IMG/VR virus record: IMGVR_UViG_2724678985_000012
Length of the DNA: 64,000 nt
Source: a virus
Taxonomy: Duplodnaviria > Heunggongvirae > Uroviricota > Caudoviricetes
Strand: one strand, 5' to 3'
Shown: positions 38,464 to 48,682 of the stretch, in pieces
How positions within the stretch are numbered: the stretch's first letter is position 1
Layout: every line of letters begins with the position of its first letter
Made by a program: the position numbers and the translations under genes
Notes under the pieces: model-generated
What the model saw: the letters and a program-made list of their open reading frames with translations, nothing else
Database searches by the model: none
What the model was told of the DNA's origin: nothing

Positions 38464-38757
38464 TTATGGTTGAATCCAGTTATCTTCAATAGCAATGCTT
38501 AATCTTTGTAACCATTCTGCTAATTTCAGCATTGCTTCTCTTTCGCTTAAACCACACGGAAAATCATCAAGCGATATTGTTGGCTTGAAGTTTCCTAAAT
38601 TATCCATTTCGACGGTCAGATTTTGCTCCAGCACGGTATTTCTTACGCGGCTATTGTGCCGAAGCAAATATACTGAACGTGATTTATTGGTTTTGTGGTC
38701 GAAAGTATATTCGGTAAGTATCATCTGGCTTCCGCCATGATTATTACCGCGCCACAT
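38464..38757 (-). CDS. hypothetical protein
   Basis: 97 aa ORF. Confidence 0.35.
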   Translation of the reverse strand: MWRGNNHGGSQMILTEYTFDHKTNKSRSVYLLRHNSRVRNTVLEQNLTVEMDNLGNFKPTISLDDFPCGLSEREAMLKLAEWLQRLSIAIEDNWIQP

Positions 38758-38780
38758 AATTACTCCGTGTTAATTGAAAT

Positions 38781-39062
38781 TTAGCTATTAATCTTCACTT
38801 TTATCGCGAACACCTTTACCGGTTTATCACCGAAGTGCGGATGTGTGATTGTTTTTATTTCATATCCGTTATACGGGACGTCAATTCTGCGACTGAAGTC
38901 TTCGCGCTTCGGATATCCCTTTGTGATAATCAGGCGGTCATACTTACGGTTAACGAGGCGCTTATTCCAGTAGTCATTACACAGGCGATACTCTTCCGTT
39001 TTCTCCCCTCGAATCATGGCATCGAAGTATTCACCTTTAACGGCAAGTTGCAGGTTAGCCAT
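38781..39062 (-). CDS. ASCH-domain protein
   Basis: about 93 aa from MANLQLAVKGEYFDAMIRGEKTEEYRL; ASCH-like signature. Confidence 0.45.
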   Translation of the reverse strand: MANLQLAVKGEYFDAMIRGEKTEEYRLCNDYWNKRLVNRKYDRLIITKGYPKREDFSRRIDVPYNGYEIKTITHPHFGDKPVKVFAIKVKINS

Positions 39063-39322
39063 TACCTCACCTCCAGTCTCCATACCGCCTGACCAATCCG
39101 GCTGGCATGGGTATCTTTGGATACTGTTCCGTCTTTAGCCAGCTCCATAAGAATTTTGCGCAAATCTGCCGAACGCCATTCTTCATCAGGAAATTCCTTC
39201 TCCATTGCCAACCGCAGATTCCAGGTTGCCATCCTGAATGGATATTCCCCGCCGAGAGCTTTATCTTGCAGGGCAGCCCGGGAACGCATCACCTGCAAAA
39301 CCTTCTCTTTTACATCCATCAT
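39062..39322 (-). CDS. hypothetical protein
   Basis: 86 aa ORF. Confidence 0.35.
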   Translation of the reverse strand: MMDVKEKVLQVMRSRAALQDKALGGEYPFRMATWNLRLAMEKEFPDEEWRSADLRKILMELAKDGTVSKDTHASRIGQAVWRLEVR

Positions 39323-39894
39323 TTCGCCTCCTGCGGCGGTTCCGGTAGCGGCATCCAGTGAGTTGCTTGCTCAATACCATTACCCGGCTTAATCGTTGCA
39401 TCTCCGCGCCGAAAGGTGCTTCCGGTATAGCGTGCGGAGCATATTAGCGGTTCAACCAGAGAGCTATCGAAATTCACCGAAATAAGCACGTTCTGGTTCT
39501 TTTCAGGCATCCGCTCACTACAGCTTATCCAACCATCCGGAGTTACCGGCACTGGCTGGGCGGTGTAAAGTGGAACAACTCGCCCTCCCCATTGCTTAAC
39601 ACTACTCTCAGCGAACACTAAATGCTCAGTCCGATAATACCCAGGGGCATCAATATCTTTTCTTTCGCTATCCCACATGTAAACCACCGGTTCTGCTTCC
39701 AGTGATGCCAGTGCAATTCGTGCCAGCTCACGCACAACTTCAGGGGGCGCGTAACGGTCATTCAGGTCATCCCACAGGCGTAGCATGTTATCGCTACCAG
39801 GGTGAACATCCTCGTTAGTTCCGGCAAGCGCACTAATAACCTCATCGGCTGCTTCAATAATTTTCTGTGCCTGTTCTCTGGTAATAGTGGTCAT
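39319..39894 (-). CDS. DUF551-domain protein
   Basis: 191 aa; C-terminal ...HWMPLPEPP motif. Confidence 0.45.
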   Translation of the reverse strand: MTTITREQAQKIIEAADEVISALAGTNEDVHPGSDNMLRLWDDLNDRYAPPEVVRELARIALASLEAEPVVYMWDSERKDIDAPGYYRTEHLVFAESSVKQWGGRVVPLYTAQPVPVTPDGWISCSERMPEKNQNVLISVNFDSSLVEPLICSARYTGSTFRRGDATIKPGNGIEQATHWMPLPEPPQEAK

Positions 39895-40172
39895 TTGTTA
39901 ATCCTTAAAACTTTATGCCCTGGCGCAAAAGCACGTGTTTTGTCTTTGCTTATTCGCCAGCCATCCTTACGTGCCTCTTTTGCACAGCCAGCCCATGACG
40001 TACCGATATATTCACCGAAGTCTGGTACTGGATATACACCTTCCGTACACTGGCGGCAGTCACAATAGAGATGCATGGTGTAACTTGCGGCAATAGCCAT
40101 ATCACTCTCCTTTAGTACGCAAGTGGTTTTTCCAGCGGTTTTGCGCCGCGCTGGGCTTTTTGCAAAAACCAC
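39891..40172 (-). CDS. small Cys-rich protein
   Basis: 93-aa ORF; likely starts at internal MAIAASYTMHLYCDCRQC. Confidence 0.3.
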   Translation of the reverse strand: MVFAKSPARRKTAGKTTCVLKESDMAIAASYTMHLYCDCRQCTEGVYPVPDFGEYIGTSWAGCAKEARKDGWRISKDKTRAFAPGHKVLRINK

Positions 40173-40276
40173 AATCCATCATCCCGTAATATTTCATCAA
40201 CCCCATCCGTCGGTTGCTGAGTCTCACCCACTGCCAGACGCTAGGGGCGTTTCTACGAACTAACAGAATCTTTGCT

Positions 40277-40843
40277 TTACGGTTTTTCATCGTTTTGCTC
40301 TCCTGCGTCTCCTTTGATGCAAATGCCAGCGACGCGTGGCACATTAACTTCCACGATGCGCACAGTTGGTTTGTACATCTCAATCGCTGTCAGCCAGTCA
40401 GCGCCGGTCATATGCTTTTCTGCATCGCCATTAGTCCATTGAACCGGCACACCAATAGCTTTCATCGCAATTTCTATTTCCCCGGCGATGGCGCTTTTTC
40501 CGCAACCAGTAAAACCAGAAACAACGACAAGAACTTCGCCTTTGGCTGGTTTTATTTCCCGTGCTTCCAGTTCTGCAATGCGCTTCTCTGCGGCTTCCAG
40601 CTCAACACGCAGCTTCCCTACCGTTAGCGCAATTTCCTCGTTCTCCTGGTCGCGGCGTTTGATGTATTGCTGGTTTCTTTCCCGTTCATCCAACAATGCC
40701 AGCGCGATATCTGGCGAAAAGTGCTTCATAAAATCGTTAAGCGCATTAATTCGCTGATCGAAAGGCATTACAGGTGCTTCACCAGCAATTTTTGTTTTTT
40801 CAGCGATTTCACGAAGTTTTTGATAGTCAATTTTGTTTGTCAT
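40277..40843 (-). CDS. Ead/Ea22-like protein with P-loop-like C-terminal segment
   Basis: 188 aa; N-terminal MTNKIDYQKLREIAEK, coiled coil, VVVSGFTGCGKS. Confidence 0.35.
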   Translation of the reverse strand: MTNKIDYQKLREIAEKTKIAGEAPVMPFDQRINALNDFMKHFSPDIALALLDERERNQQYIKRRDQENEEIALTVGKLRVELEAAEKRIAELEAREIKPAKGEVLVVVSGFTGCGKSAIAGEIEIAMKAIGVPVQWTNGDAEKHMTGADWLTAIEMYKPTVRIVEVNVPRVAGICIKGDAGEQNDEKP

Positions 40844-41718
40844 ACCACTACCTCTTCGAATTTCAACTCCAATTGGTCACCCCAGATTTCACATGATTCG
40901 GAACACGAACCAGTATCAAACCGCTTGGCCTGCACCATCGCCTGATACAAATTTCTGTAGTCGCTGTCGGCATACATTCTGGCAATCCCGTCAAGCGTCA
41001 GGTGACCACGGTACATAACGTCTTTACCTGTTCTGCGATGACCATCCCTGACGTGTTTGCCTGTAACCAGTTCATTAAAAACCCGCATCAGACCAGGTTC
41101 GTCTTTACATGCAAGCCCCAGCTTTTGCGTTGACTTTTTGATGCAAAAAACACAGTTCCCGAGGTGCTCCGGGATTTGCAAATCAAAAGGTTGTTTTCGC
41201 CACCACCGAATAACATCCGACTTATCAAAATCTGACAGTTCTGCAAGATACCGGACGCCCGGTTTCGGTTTCAGCCTACGGTGTTCGTCCGCACGAATAC
41301 CCAGCCATGTGATGTAATTCCCTCGCCCAAAATGGTCATCGCAATATTTCGTGAAAGGGGTGAGTTTTAGCCTGTCAGTACAGAACGCGCCGCCGATGTA
41401 AGGCGTACCGTACTTTTTAACCATGTCCATAAACGGTTTAAGCACCGGCATTCGCGTCTGAATATCCTTTGGTTCCCATTCCGTATAACCATTTGGCTGC
41501 CCAAGTTCTGGATTTATATCGACCTGCAACACCGTTAGCGGTACGTTCCAGAACTTCACAACCTCACGAATAAAGCGATACGTCAGAGGATGTTCACAGC
41601 CGGTATCCATAAAAATGAAATGGACGCTAGCGCCAGCTTTTCGCTGTGCTTCCATCAGATGAACGAGATAAGCCGATGTTCGTCCACCTGAAAAGCTGAC
41701 AACTTGATGCATACTCAC
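40840..41718 (-). CDS. PAPS-reductase-family PP-loop ATP pyrophosphatase
   Basis: 292 aa; N-terminal VVSFSGGRTSAYLVHLM PP-loop motif. Confidence 0.65.
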   Translation of the reverse strand: MSMHQVVSFSGGRTSAYLVHLMEAQRKAGASVHFIFMDTGCEHPLTYRFIREVVKFWNVPLTVLQVDINPELGQPNGYTEWEPKDIQTRMPVLKPFMDMVKKYGTPYIGGAFCTDRLKLTPFTKYCDDHFGRGNYITWLGIRADEHRRLKPKPGVRYLAELSDFDKSDVIRWWRKQPFDLQIPEHLGNCVFCIKKSTQKLGLACKDEPGLMRVFNELVTGKHVRDGHRRTGKDVMYRGHLTLDGIARMYADSDYRNLYQAMVQAKRFDTGSCSESCEIWGDQLELKFEEVVV

Positions 41719-41721
41719 GGT

Positions 41722-42387
41722 TTATTCCTGAACGCGCTTAAACTCGATTACCCATACCCACGGGTTAGATAGCCAGTTATCCTGCCCGTAAATACTGCGC
41801 CAGATATCACCAAAACCAACGCGATAAACAGCTTCCGGCGGCGTAATTTTGTACATCGCCGGAGATGCGCCTTCTGCTTTAGCATCTGCCTCGCTCATAT
41901 CACGCAGCCGTTCCACACGCACGTCGGTAATTTCCAGCAAAATACGCGAAGCCCAGCGCGGCATGTGAATTGATGGACGCCACCCGCCATCAAACTTTTC
42001 ATTCACAGTGTGAGGTTTCCAGTCGACATCATCGGGTATCGACCACAAACCGTAATCACCAGGCTTTTGCTCACAACTGGCCCGATAAATCCTTGCTGCG
42101 TTCTTCTCATCGCCACGACAAAGGTTGTCGTTCCAGTCCACACTGCAACCATCCTCATTGCCTAATATCGCCCACGCCTCACGGACCCATATGCGATCAC
42201 CAACGTTACCGAACGGGCATAAACCATGTTCAGGTGCATCCATAACGTGGGTATAGACACCATTGCGTTTCTTTGTCGGTTTACGGATAACTAGGCAGTT
42301 ATCGGCCCTGACATTTTTTACAGGTCGGCGAGTCTGCGTCTTCCTTCCTTCGAGGATGGCCCTGACCATCTCATCGTTAAAAATCAT
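41722..42387 (-). CDS. phage protein with ASCH-like N-terminus
   Basis: from MIFNDEMVRAILEGRKTQTRR; family common in lambdoid prophages. Confidence 0.4.
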   Translation of the reverse strand: MIFNDEMVRAILEGRKTQTRRPVKNVRADNCLVIRKPTKKRNGVYTHVMDAPEHGLCPFGNVGDRIWVREAWAILGNEDGCSVDWNDNLCRGDEKNAARIYRASCEQKPGDYGLWSIPDDVDWKPHTVNEKFDGGWRPSIHMPRWASRILLEITDVRVERLRDMSEADAKAEGASPAMYKITPPEAVYRVGFGDIWRSIYGQDNWLSNPWVWVIEFKRVQE

Positions 42388-42418
42388 CCCGCGTTCTTTC
42401 ATTTTTTGATCCACCTCA

Positions 42419-43414
42419 TCAGTTATTGAACGTGATCACTCCGCGCTCGATGGCGAAGTCAAAAAGCTGGTTAGCGGCTACGTAAAGGCGTATGCCATGT
42501 GCTTTTTCCCATGCCCGAACATCGTTTTCTGCGCTTCTGGCGCAGTCATCGCAAAGAGGAACAGCCCAGCGGTCGTGTTCGTTTAACGAGCGGGCGCGGT
42601 ACATGAACGGGTGGTTAACTTTGCCACCGCATCCGATGCACGGACGAGAAACCACAAACCGGAGATAAGCCGGGCTTTTACCGAGGACCGCTTTTGGTCG
42701 GCGCATATAAAGCAGGCCGGAATCCTCATCTACAGACAGGTTGACGATCTGCTCTGCGGTTATGTCCACCAGCTCGCGGGTACTGTGCTCCCAGGTGATA
42801 TCTGATTCTTTCAGCGTACCGGTAGGGATTTCAGTTTTTGGCTGACAAAATGCAATGCGACCAGCTTCATCAGGCAGTTCGTCTTTAAGATTCCGGCGAA
42901 TGGCCCAAAAGGTGAGTTCAACCATGCTCAGATCGCGATCCGGCGGAAGTTTTAACTCGCTGGCAGCCCAGTTCATAATCCAGTTGGCGCGATTCCGTGA
43001 CAGTTGGTCTTCCAGCTTGCCGTATCCCTTCATCATGTATTCCGCATCATGCTTCCAGCACAGGCGAACGGCAGAACCGTTATAGAAATGGGTGGTTAGC
43101 TGGTGGCTGCAATCGCGCTTATCATGCGCCTGGCAATCGTGAATGTTGGTGCTAACCCAGTGAACGAGAGAATCCTCACCACCTAACGCGTTAAATACAC
43201 GCTCACTTTGAAAAAAGGGTGCCAGTGACTGGTTGGCAACCAGTGAATAATTCAGGTCAACGACACCATCAGGGGTGTTTTCAGCCTGTTCACGCGGCAA
43301 TGGGGATATAAGAAAACGGCGTCCTGCGCCGATGTAATTGCTGGTGGGCTTATCTACAGGAAAGACAGCCACACCAGTTTCATTTACGACATATGGGGTG
43401 ATTATTGCACTCAT
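42419..43414 (-). CDS. DUF968-like protein with C-terminal Cys/His nuclease-like motif
   Basis: 331 aa; C-terminal CIGCGG...HPFMYR...CDDC. Confidence 0.45.
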   Translation of the reverse strand: MSAIITPYVVNETGVAVFPVDKPTSNYIGAGRRFLISPLPREQAENTPDGVVDLNYSLVANQSLAPFFQSERVFNALGGEDSLVHWVSTNIHDCQAHDKRDCSHQLTTHFYNGSAVRLCWKHDAEYMMKGYGKLEDQLSRNRANWIMNWAASELKLPPDRDLSMVELTFWAIRRNLKDELPDEAGRIAFCQPKTEIPTGTLKESDITWEHSTRELVDITAEQIVNLSVDEDSGLLYMRRPKAVLGKSPAYLRFVVSRPCIGCGGKVNHPFMYRARSLNEHDRWAVPLCDDCARSAENDVRAWEKAHGIRLYVAANQLFDFAIERGVITFNN

Positions 43415-43454
43415 AATGCATACCGACTCTGTTTTGTTCCGATCGGTAAAATAA

Positions 43455-43471
43455 TATGTTAGAAAACTAAA
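43455..43471 (-). promoter_or_regulatory. C1-operator-like motif site 10 (inverted pair with 43478-43487)
   Basis: ATGTTAGAAAACTAAAATCAATGTTCTAACG. Confidence 0.5.
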
Positions 43472-43512
43472 ATCAATGTTCTAACGTGATTTTGAGTGCG
43501 TAAATGATTTGA

Positions 43513-44205
43513 TCAGACTTTAAGCTGCCCTCCCTTCACCTGCATTAGCGTCAGATTTCCGCAAAAAACCGCGCCCGTGTCTATGTAGTGCTGATTCCAG
43601 TATGCTTTTGGTCTTCGTACCGGTGTGTGCCCAAAGATAAAGCGATCTGCGCCTGTGATTTCTCCACCAATGCCATCTATCGAATCACCGACGCGACTGC
43701 GCGACCAGACAACATCAAAAAGCGACACATCCTTACCGAACTGGTACTCTCCACCTGGATAGTCGGCATGGGCTATAACGATAGTTTCATGCCCGGCGTT
43801 CAACTCAATGATATATGGCAGACGCTTTACCAGCTCCACCAGCGCCTTGGCTAATATTTCCTGATCAGTGTCCAGCATGAAGAACCATTGTCCGCCATTC
43901 ATTAGCCAGTTATTCACGTTGCCATCAGGACTTAACGCATCAAGCATCAACCGCTCATGGTTCCCCATTACTGCCCTGAACCAGGGCATCTGCAATAGTT
44001 CCAGACATTCGACATTTTCAGTACCGCGATCGATAAGGTCGCCAACCGATATCAGTAAATCCTGCGCCGGGTCAAAATCCACACGATGGAGTTCGGACAT
44101 CAGTCTGGTGTAGCAACCATGCAGATCACCAACAACCCATATGTTTCTATAGCCAGAACCATCAATACGGCTATATAAATTCACTTCATGCAGAGCCTGG
44201 GTCAT
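43513..44205 (-). CDS. Ser/Thr protein phosphatase, PPP family (lambda PPase-like)
   Basis: 230 aa; GDLHG, GDLIDRG, GNHE motifs. Confidence 0.85.
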   Translation of the reverse strand: MTQALHEVNLYSRIDGSGYRNIWVVGDLHGCYTRLMSELHRVDFDPAQDLLISVGDLIDRGTENVECLELLQMPWFRAVMGNHERLMLDALSPDGNVNNWLMNGGQWFFMLDTDQEILAKALVELVKRLPYIIELNAGHETIVIAHADYPGGEYQFGKDVSLFDVVWSRSRVGDSIDGIGGEITGADRFIFGHTPVRRPKAYWNQHYIDTGAVFCGNLTLMQVKGGQLKV

Positions 44206-44513
44206 GCGGCAACCTTCTCACGCAGCCAGATACAAACCGGACCATCTTCAGTGTCATGAATAGAGCCAACAAACCAGCCTTCACCCTCTGGTCGCTCCGG
44301 TTCCCAGGCGGCAATATCGGGACCAGCTGCGTCCAGATCAAAATCATCTTCATCCATACTGCGAATAGTCCACTGAAGATTATTTTCCTTCATCCAGGCG
44401 TCAAATTCCTCAGTGGAAATATATTCACGACCTGCGCAAAACTTCTCATACTCCGGATGTGTCCAGCAGCCATATTCATCACGTTCTACCGGCATTTCTT
44501 TAATGATGCTCAC
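44202..44513 (-). CDS. hypothetical protein
   Basis: 103 aa ORF, 4-nt overlap with neighbours. Confidence 0.4.
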   Translation of the reverse strand: MSIIKEMPVERDEYGCWTHPEYEKFCAGREYISTEEFDAWMKENNLQWTIRSMDEDDFDLDAAGPDIAAWEPERPEGEGWFVGSIHDTEDGPVCIWLREKVAA

Positions 44514-44734
44514 TCTTCATCCTCCAAGTCGGCAACGGCCTCCATCACATCAGAACCGCGAATAACCTCAAAAGCACGGCAGGCCATTTCAAACACCTGT
44601 TGTTCTTGCGGATGCGGTGACTCCCAATACTTAAAACCAGGTCGATGCTCGTAACCCATCATGGAATAAAAATCGCCAGCAAGTTCAATCGCGGCATCAA
44701 CAAGTTCGCGATTTGTCATCGTCTGTTCTGTCAT
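44510..44734 (-). CDS. hypothetical protein
   Basis: 74 aa ORF. Confidence 0.35.
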   Translation of the reverse strand: MTEQTMTNRELVDAAIELAGDFYSMMGYEHRPGFKYWESPHPQEQQVFEMACRAFEVIRGSDVMEAVADLEDEE

Positions 44735-45006
44735 TTGGTTTTCTCCTGTCTGAACATCACTATCATCAGGTCGCCTTTTGTCGCTATTCTGGCTGTTGTG
44801 CCTGGTTCAATGCGGCTAAGCTCAAATGCGTCATAGAACGCTTCTAATGCCTTCTGGCGTAGTTCCTGTTTGCGCCGTTTTTTCCACTCTTTTAGGAAAA
44901 TGGAACCCAGCCATCGCCAGGTACGGGACATGATGTAAAGCCAACCGAAAAGTGCCAGACCGGTATTTAGGGCCGTATCGATTGTTATCGTGGTGTCGAT
45001 ATTCAC
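44731..45006 (-). CDS. small membrane protein
   Basis: 91 aa; N-terminal TM helix, basic stretch. Confidence 0.35.
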   Translation of the reverse strand: MNIDTTITIDTALNTGLALFGWLYIMSRTWRWLGSIFLKEWKKRRKQELRQKALEAFYDAFELSRIEPGTTARIATKGDLMIVMFRQEKTK

Positions 45007-45251
45007 TGTGGTGGCTCCTGCTTTTCTGCCTTCAATACCATGCGAGAACCATCATCCAGCTCCCAATTAATTTCACCGCCTTCAGCCATGACTAGATGCC
45101 AAACGAGTTGTGCGGCCTCGTTGGTTACATCACGACCGCGATCATTGCCGACACGACGTTTTGTTCCATCCCCTAAGTCACGCATTTTTGCCAACACGAT
45201 GGTTTTTGATAGCGGTGAAAAACCAAGCTGTAGTCGTGCGGAATTACTCAC
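45003..45251 (-). CDS. hypothetical protein
   Basis: 82 aa ORF. Confidence 0.35.
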   Translation of the reverse strand: MSNSARLQLGFSPLSKTIVLAKMRDLGDGTKRRVGNDRGRDVTNEAAQLVWHLVMAEGGEINWELDDGSRMVLKAEKQEPPQ

Positions 45252-46012
45252 TGTTTGCCTCCTTTTCCAAGCTGGGCGGCGATATCTTCGAGAACGCCAT
45301 CAGAGAATGAGCGGTCAAAATCGCCTTCCGGCGCATTAGCCATAAACTCAGTAGAGGTAAGAATCATCCGGGCAATATCCGCGGCGTTCTTCGCAGTATC
45401 ATCAATAAAACCAGCTTCCCAGGCAGCCAGCATTCTGTTCGCCACAAAGTAAGCGCCCTCCTTGCGTGCTTCAGTCTTCACTTCAGCCAGGAAAGCATCG
45501 GTGGCTGGTGTTTGCGGCATCCCTCCATCTGTTGCGCAGATATACGCATCAGATATTTCATCCTGCTCGCCATCAAACACGTAGCAACTCTGTGCGATGA
45601 ATTTATTCAGCCCCGCATTCTCCGCCGCCAGCGCCGCGCGATTACCCTCCAGCTCTGCAATGCGCTGTTTTGCGGTATCAAGTTCAATCGATAATTTTTC
45701 CAACTGCTCTTTATGCTTCTTGTATTCCTGATATGCGTGCCAGGACTGACCTTTGCGCACACTATCAGTAATATCAGTAATCTGTTCTGGTGTTAGCGTA
45801 GTCAGTGGCTGTGCTGGGAAAATCAGCACTTTCCCGGAATCCCAATCAAAACCAGCGTGAATTGACTGAACCTCAACTGAGGGTGTTGAACCAATGCTGC
45901 CAGGCGAATGAACAACGATCGTTACATCCATATCGCGACGATGGCTGTGGTTGTTGGACAAAATACGATTCACCAACTCAGAAAATTTGGAGAATTTCAT
46001 GCGGAGCCTCAA
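45248..46012 (-). CDS. Ead/Ea22-like protein (paralog A)
   Basis: coiled coil AALAAENAGL then TPATDAFLAEV... domain shared with 46416-46904. Confidence 0.45.
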   Translation of the reverse strand: MRLRMKFSKFSELVNRILSNNHSHRRDMDVTIVVHSPGSIGSTPSVEVQSIHAGFDWDSGKVLIFPAQPLTTLTPEQITDITDSVRKGQSWHAYQEYKKHKEQLEKLSIELDTAKQRIAELEGNRAALAAENAGLNKFIAQSCYVFDGEQDEISDAYICATDGGMPQTPATDAFLAEVKTEARKEGAYFVANRMLAAWEAGFIDDTAKNAADIARMILTSTEFMANAPEGDFDRSFSDGVLEDIAAQLGKGGKQ

Positions 46013-46410
46013 TATGCAAAATAGACCGTTGCCACGCCGTTATAGTGATCAAACGATACGGCGTTTACTTCATAGCTGGCAGGGAGCTTCGAGCCGAGAA
46101 CATATCCGGGCCACGTTTTCCATGGAATTTCTCTACTCTCACTATCCCCATATACCGTACATCCAAGTGAACCTACAGCCTCGTCAGAACGTTTGCCGCA
46201 TGTTATGAAACCTATATTTTTCTTGCCGGTCTTAATGGCGATTGGGTGAACACTGGCTGATGCATTGGCAGCACGCTGTGACTGTTGGTTTGCGATATTC
46301 GCAGAGTTCGCAGCAGCTACAGCAGCCGTGGTCGCGGCGGTAGATGCCACAATAACTGCTGAAGCCTGCGCCTGTTGGGTAATGGTCAGCAATGCCGCCA
46401 CAAAAATCAT
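46009..46410 (-). CDS. small secreted protein
   Basis: signal-peptide-like MIFVAALLTITQQAQASA; start uncertain. Confidence 0.3.
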   Translation of the reverse strand: MIFVAALLTITQQAQASAVIVASTAATTAAVAAANSANIANQQSQRAANASASVHPIAIKTGKKNIGFITCGKRSDEAVGSLGCTVYGDSESREIPWKTWPGYVLGSKLPASYEVNAVSFDHYNGVATVYFAY

Positions 46411-46415
46411 CCTCT

Positions 46416-46904
46416 TCACTTGCCAGCTCCTTTGCGAATCTGTTCCGCCCATTCTTCAAGGGATTTCTCCGCATATTCACCAGACAGGCCATCAATCGGA
46501 TGCGCTTCATTAGCCAACTCTTCTTTCGCTGACAAAATCATGCGTGTAACGTCGAAAACTTCACGCAAAGACTTATTGATAAATCCGTGATTGAACGCAG
46601 CAGCAAGACGGCTTGCGGTATAGTTAATCCCCTCGTTGCGAGCCGCCGCACGAATTTCAGCCAGAAAAGCATCGGTGGCTGGAGTTTCGCTGTGGTGCAG
46701 GGCATCGTTGATAATCATTGCAGCAACTCCGGCCTGCCCTGCATCCGTGACCGACACATGCTCAAGAGTTACAGCCATTGCATGTTTCAGCCCAGCATTC
46801 TCCGCCGCTAGCGCAGCACACGCTTTCTCAAGTCGGGAAATTTCCGTTACATACTCAGCGTTACGCTCTGCCAGTTGTGCGGGCGTTAAACCTTCAGACT
46901 TCAT
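46416..46904 (-). CDS. Ead/Ea22-like protein (paralog B)
   Basis: 162 aa; AALAAENAGLKHA and TPATDAFLAEIRAAARNEG. Confidence 0.45.
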   Translation of the reverse strand: MKSEGLTPAQLAERNAEYVTEISRLEKACAALAAENAGLKHAMAVTLEHVSVTDAGQAGVAAMIINDALHHSETPATDAFLAEIRAAARNEGINYTASRLAAAFNHGFINKSLREVFDVTRMILSAKEELANEAHPIDGLSGEYAEKSLEEWAEQIRKGAGK

Positions 46905-47211
46905 ACACTCTCCTTTCGAAATAAACGTACTGATTAATCATGCCCAGGGGCATTTCGAGTTTTTCCGCGATCTCACGGCGGGGAACACCACACTGATGAA
47001 GCTGCCGTGCCAGTTCTATATCGCTCTGCCGGTATTTGGCTGACGGATGAAAGTCTCCTTTCAGAATCATGCTGATCCCCAACTCCCGCGCTTTAGTCCT
47101 GACGGCATCACCGGTACGACCGATCAGCTTCCCAATACTCTCGACCGTCATAGTTCCGGCGCACTGGCGGAGTATCATGATTTCTGCCCTTCCCCATCCC
47201 CGCCAGCTCAC
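46894..47211 (-). CDS. putative HTH DNA-binding protein
   Basis: 105 aa; two HTH-like segments (ESIGKLIGRTGDAVR, RREIAEKL). Confidence 0.35.
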   Translation of the reverse strand: MSWRGWGRAEIMILRQCAGTMTVESIGKLIGRTGDAVRTKARELGISMILKGDFHPSAKYRQSDIELARQLHQCGVPRREIAEKLEMPLGMINQYVYFERRVYEV

Positions 47212-47819
47212 GCAGAACTCCTTCTAACCAAAAGAACGCCATCTTCAGAAACAACGTTGCAGGACTTCAGGTAATTCATTGCCTCTTTCGGTAATGGATT
47301 CTTTGGATCGGCGTTTGCCAGGGATTTCGATAACCTCATGATAAATTTGATCATTACCTTCTGGCGGAGCTTGTGCTCATGAGATAAAGAAAGGTAATAG
47401 GAAATGGTATGGGCTAAACGCTCACGAAGCTGTTCTGTGCCGTGATATACAGCAGCGATATCACGCAGTGCATTGACCAGTTCCCGGTAAATATGTGGAG
47501 CAACCTGGCATTCAATGTTGGTTGGTGACTCATAAATTACAGTCAGCCCCAGCTTTTCAGCCAGCGCGTGCTCTGCACGAGCACCAACCGATTCTTCCCA
47601 TCGATTGAGCAAATAGATCGCATCAGCAGAACGCACCATTGCCAGGCAAATATCCATGTATTCACTCTGGCAAAGGCCACCAGGTAACACCGCTGGATTC
47701 AGAACGATATGCCCTTCAGCCATCAGCTCGATCGCTTTCGCATTAAACGCCGCACGGTTGTAATCTGGATAACCAGTCATCGGCCCCGCGATGTAAATTT
47801 TCAAAACACGTTTCACCAT
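47208..47819 (-). CDS. DUF4406-like (nucleoside 2-deoxyribosyltransferase-like) protein
   Basis: from MVKRVLKIYIAGPMTGYPDYN...; C-terminal extension. Confidence 0.4.
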   Translation of the reverse strand: MVKRVLKIYIAGPMTGYPDYNRAAFNAKAIELMAEGHIVLNPAVLPGGLCQSEYMDICLAMVRSADAIYLLNRWEESVGARAEHALAEKLGLTVIYESPTNIECQVAPHIYRELVNALRDIAAVYHGTEQLRERLAHTISYYLSLSHEHKLRQKVMIKFIMRLSKSLANADPKNPLPKEAMNYLKSCNVVSEDGVLLVRRSSA

Positions 47820-48010
47820 CAAAATTTCCCCAAAATCGTGACGCAAAACATAAGCACTGCGAAAAGCTCAATACCAAGTTCAAGTAGCGCCAACGCCCCG
47901 AAAAACAACACATAGAACAGGCCAATCTCATTCACAGATGGCTGGTGGATCGCACTTAAAGCTATAAGCATCATGTCCTCCAAACAGTTATCAGGAATGA
48001 TATTAATGTT

Positions 48011-48027
48011 TTGTATTAGAAAATCAA
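48011..48027 (-). promoter_or_regulatory. C1-operator-like motif site 11 (variant)
   Basis: TGTATTAGAAAATCAATTT upstream of ref-like gene. Confidence 0.4.
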
Positions 48028-48091
48028 TTTTGAATATCTAACCATTTTGATCAATCATAGAAAAATCGCTGAAAAGTAAGAGGCTGCCATC

Positions 48092-48670
48092 ATGCAGAAA
48101 CAGAGCTATTGGGAGAAACAGAGACAAAAAGCCATGCAAAAATTGGCTGACCCGGCCTGGCGAGAGGAACAAAGGGCAAAGCGCCTTCAACAAGCTCAAC
48201 GCCAGCAGCAGCGAGCGAGAGAAAAAGCCGCATCGCCTGAATATCGGCAAAAAAAAATTGAAAAAGCAAAGCAATATGACCAGCGGAGAAAAGAGAAAGC
48301 TGTATCCGCTCCGTCCAAAAAAACACGCACGTCACGCGGCCTGAAGGGCAGATCACTCACAGCCGATGAACGCCGGATACAGACCGCTATCGGTACTCTC
48401 CCCTGCATTGCCTGCCATATTCACGGGAAACATAGCCCAGTGGTATCCCTGCACCATATCTTCGGGAGAACGGCAGAGAACGCACATAAATATGTCCTCC
48501 CTTTGTGTAAATGGCACCACCAGTACGCAGCGCCAGCCGAGGTCCGAGAACAATATCCCTGGCTGGTCCCTGTTCATGCTGATGGAAAAATAGGCGGAAA
48601 AGCAGATTTCATACGGCACAATGCCGATGAAATGGCGTTGTATCAGATGGCGATTGAATTGATAAATTAG
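48092..48670 (+). CDS. ref: Ref-like HNH endonuclease (recombination enhancement function)
   Basis: 192 aa; basic Q/R/K-rich N-terminus then CIACHIHG...SLHHIFGR...PLCKWHH. Confidence 0.6.
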   Translation: MQKQSYWEKQRQKAMQKLADPAWREEQRAKRLQQAQRQQQRAREKAASPEYRQKKIEKAKQYDQRRKEKAVSAPSKKTRTSRGLKGRSLTADERRIQTAIGTLPCIACHIHGKHSPVVSLHHIFGRTAENAHKYVLPLCKWHHQYAAPAEVREQYPWLVPVHADGKIGGKADFIRHNADEMALYQMAIELIN

Positions 48671-48682
48671 TTTTCTAACATT
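48665..48682 (+). promoter_or_regulatory. C1-operator-like motif site 12
   Basis: TAAATTAGTTTTCTAACATTTTAAG just after ref stop. Confidence 0.5.
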
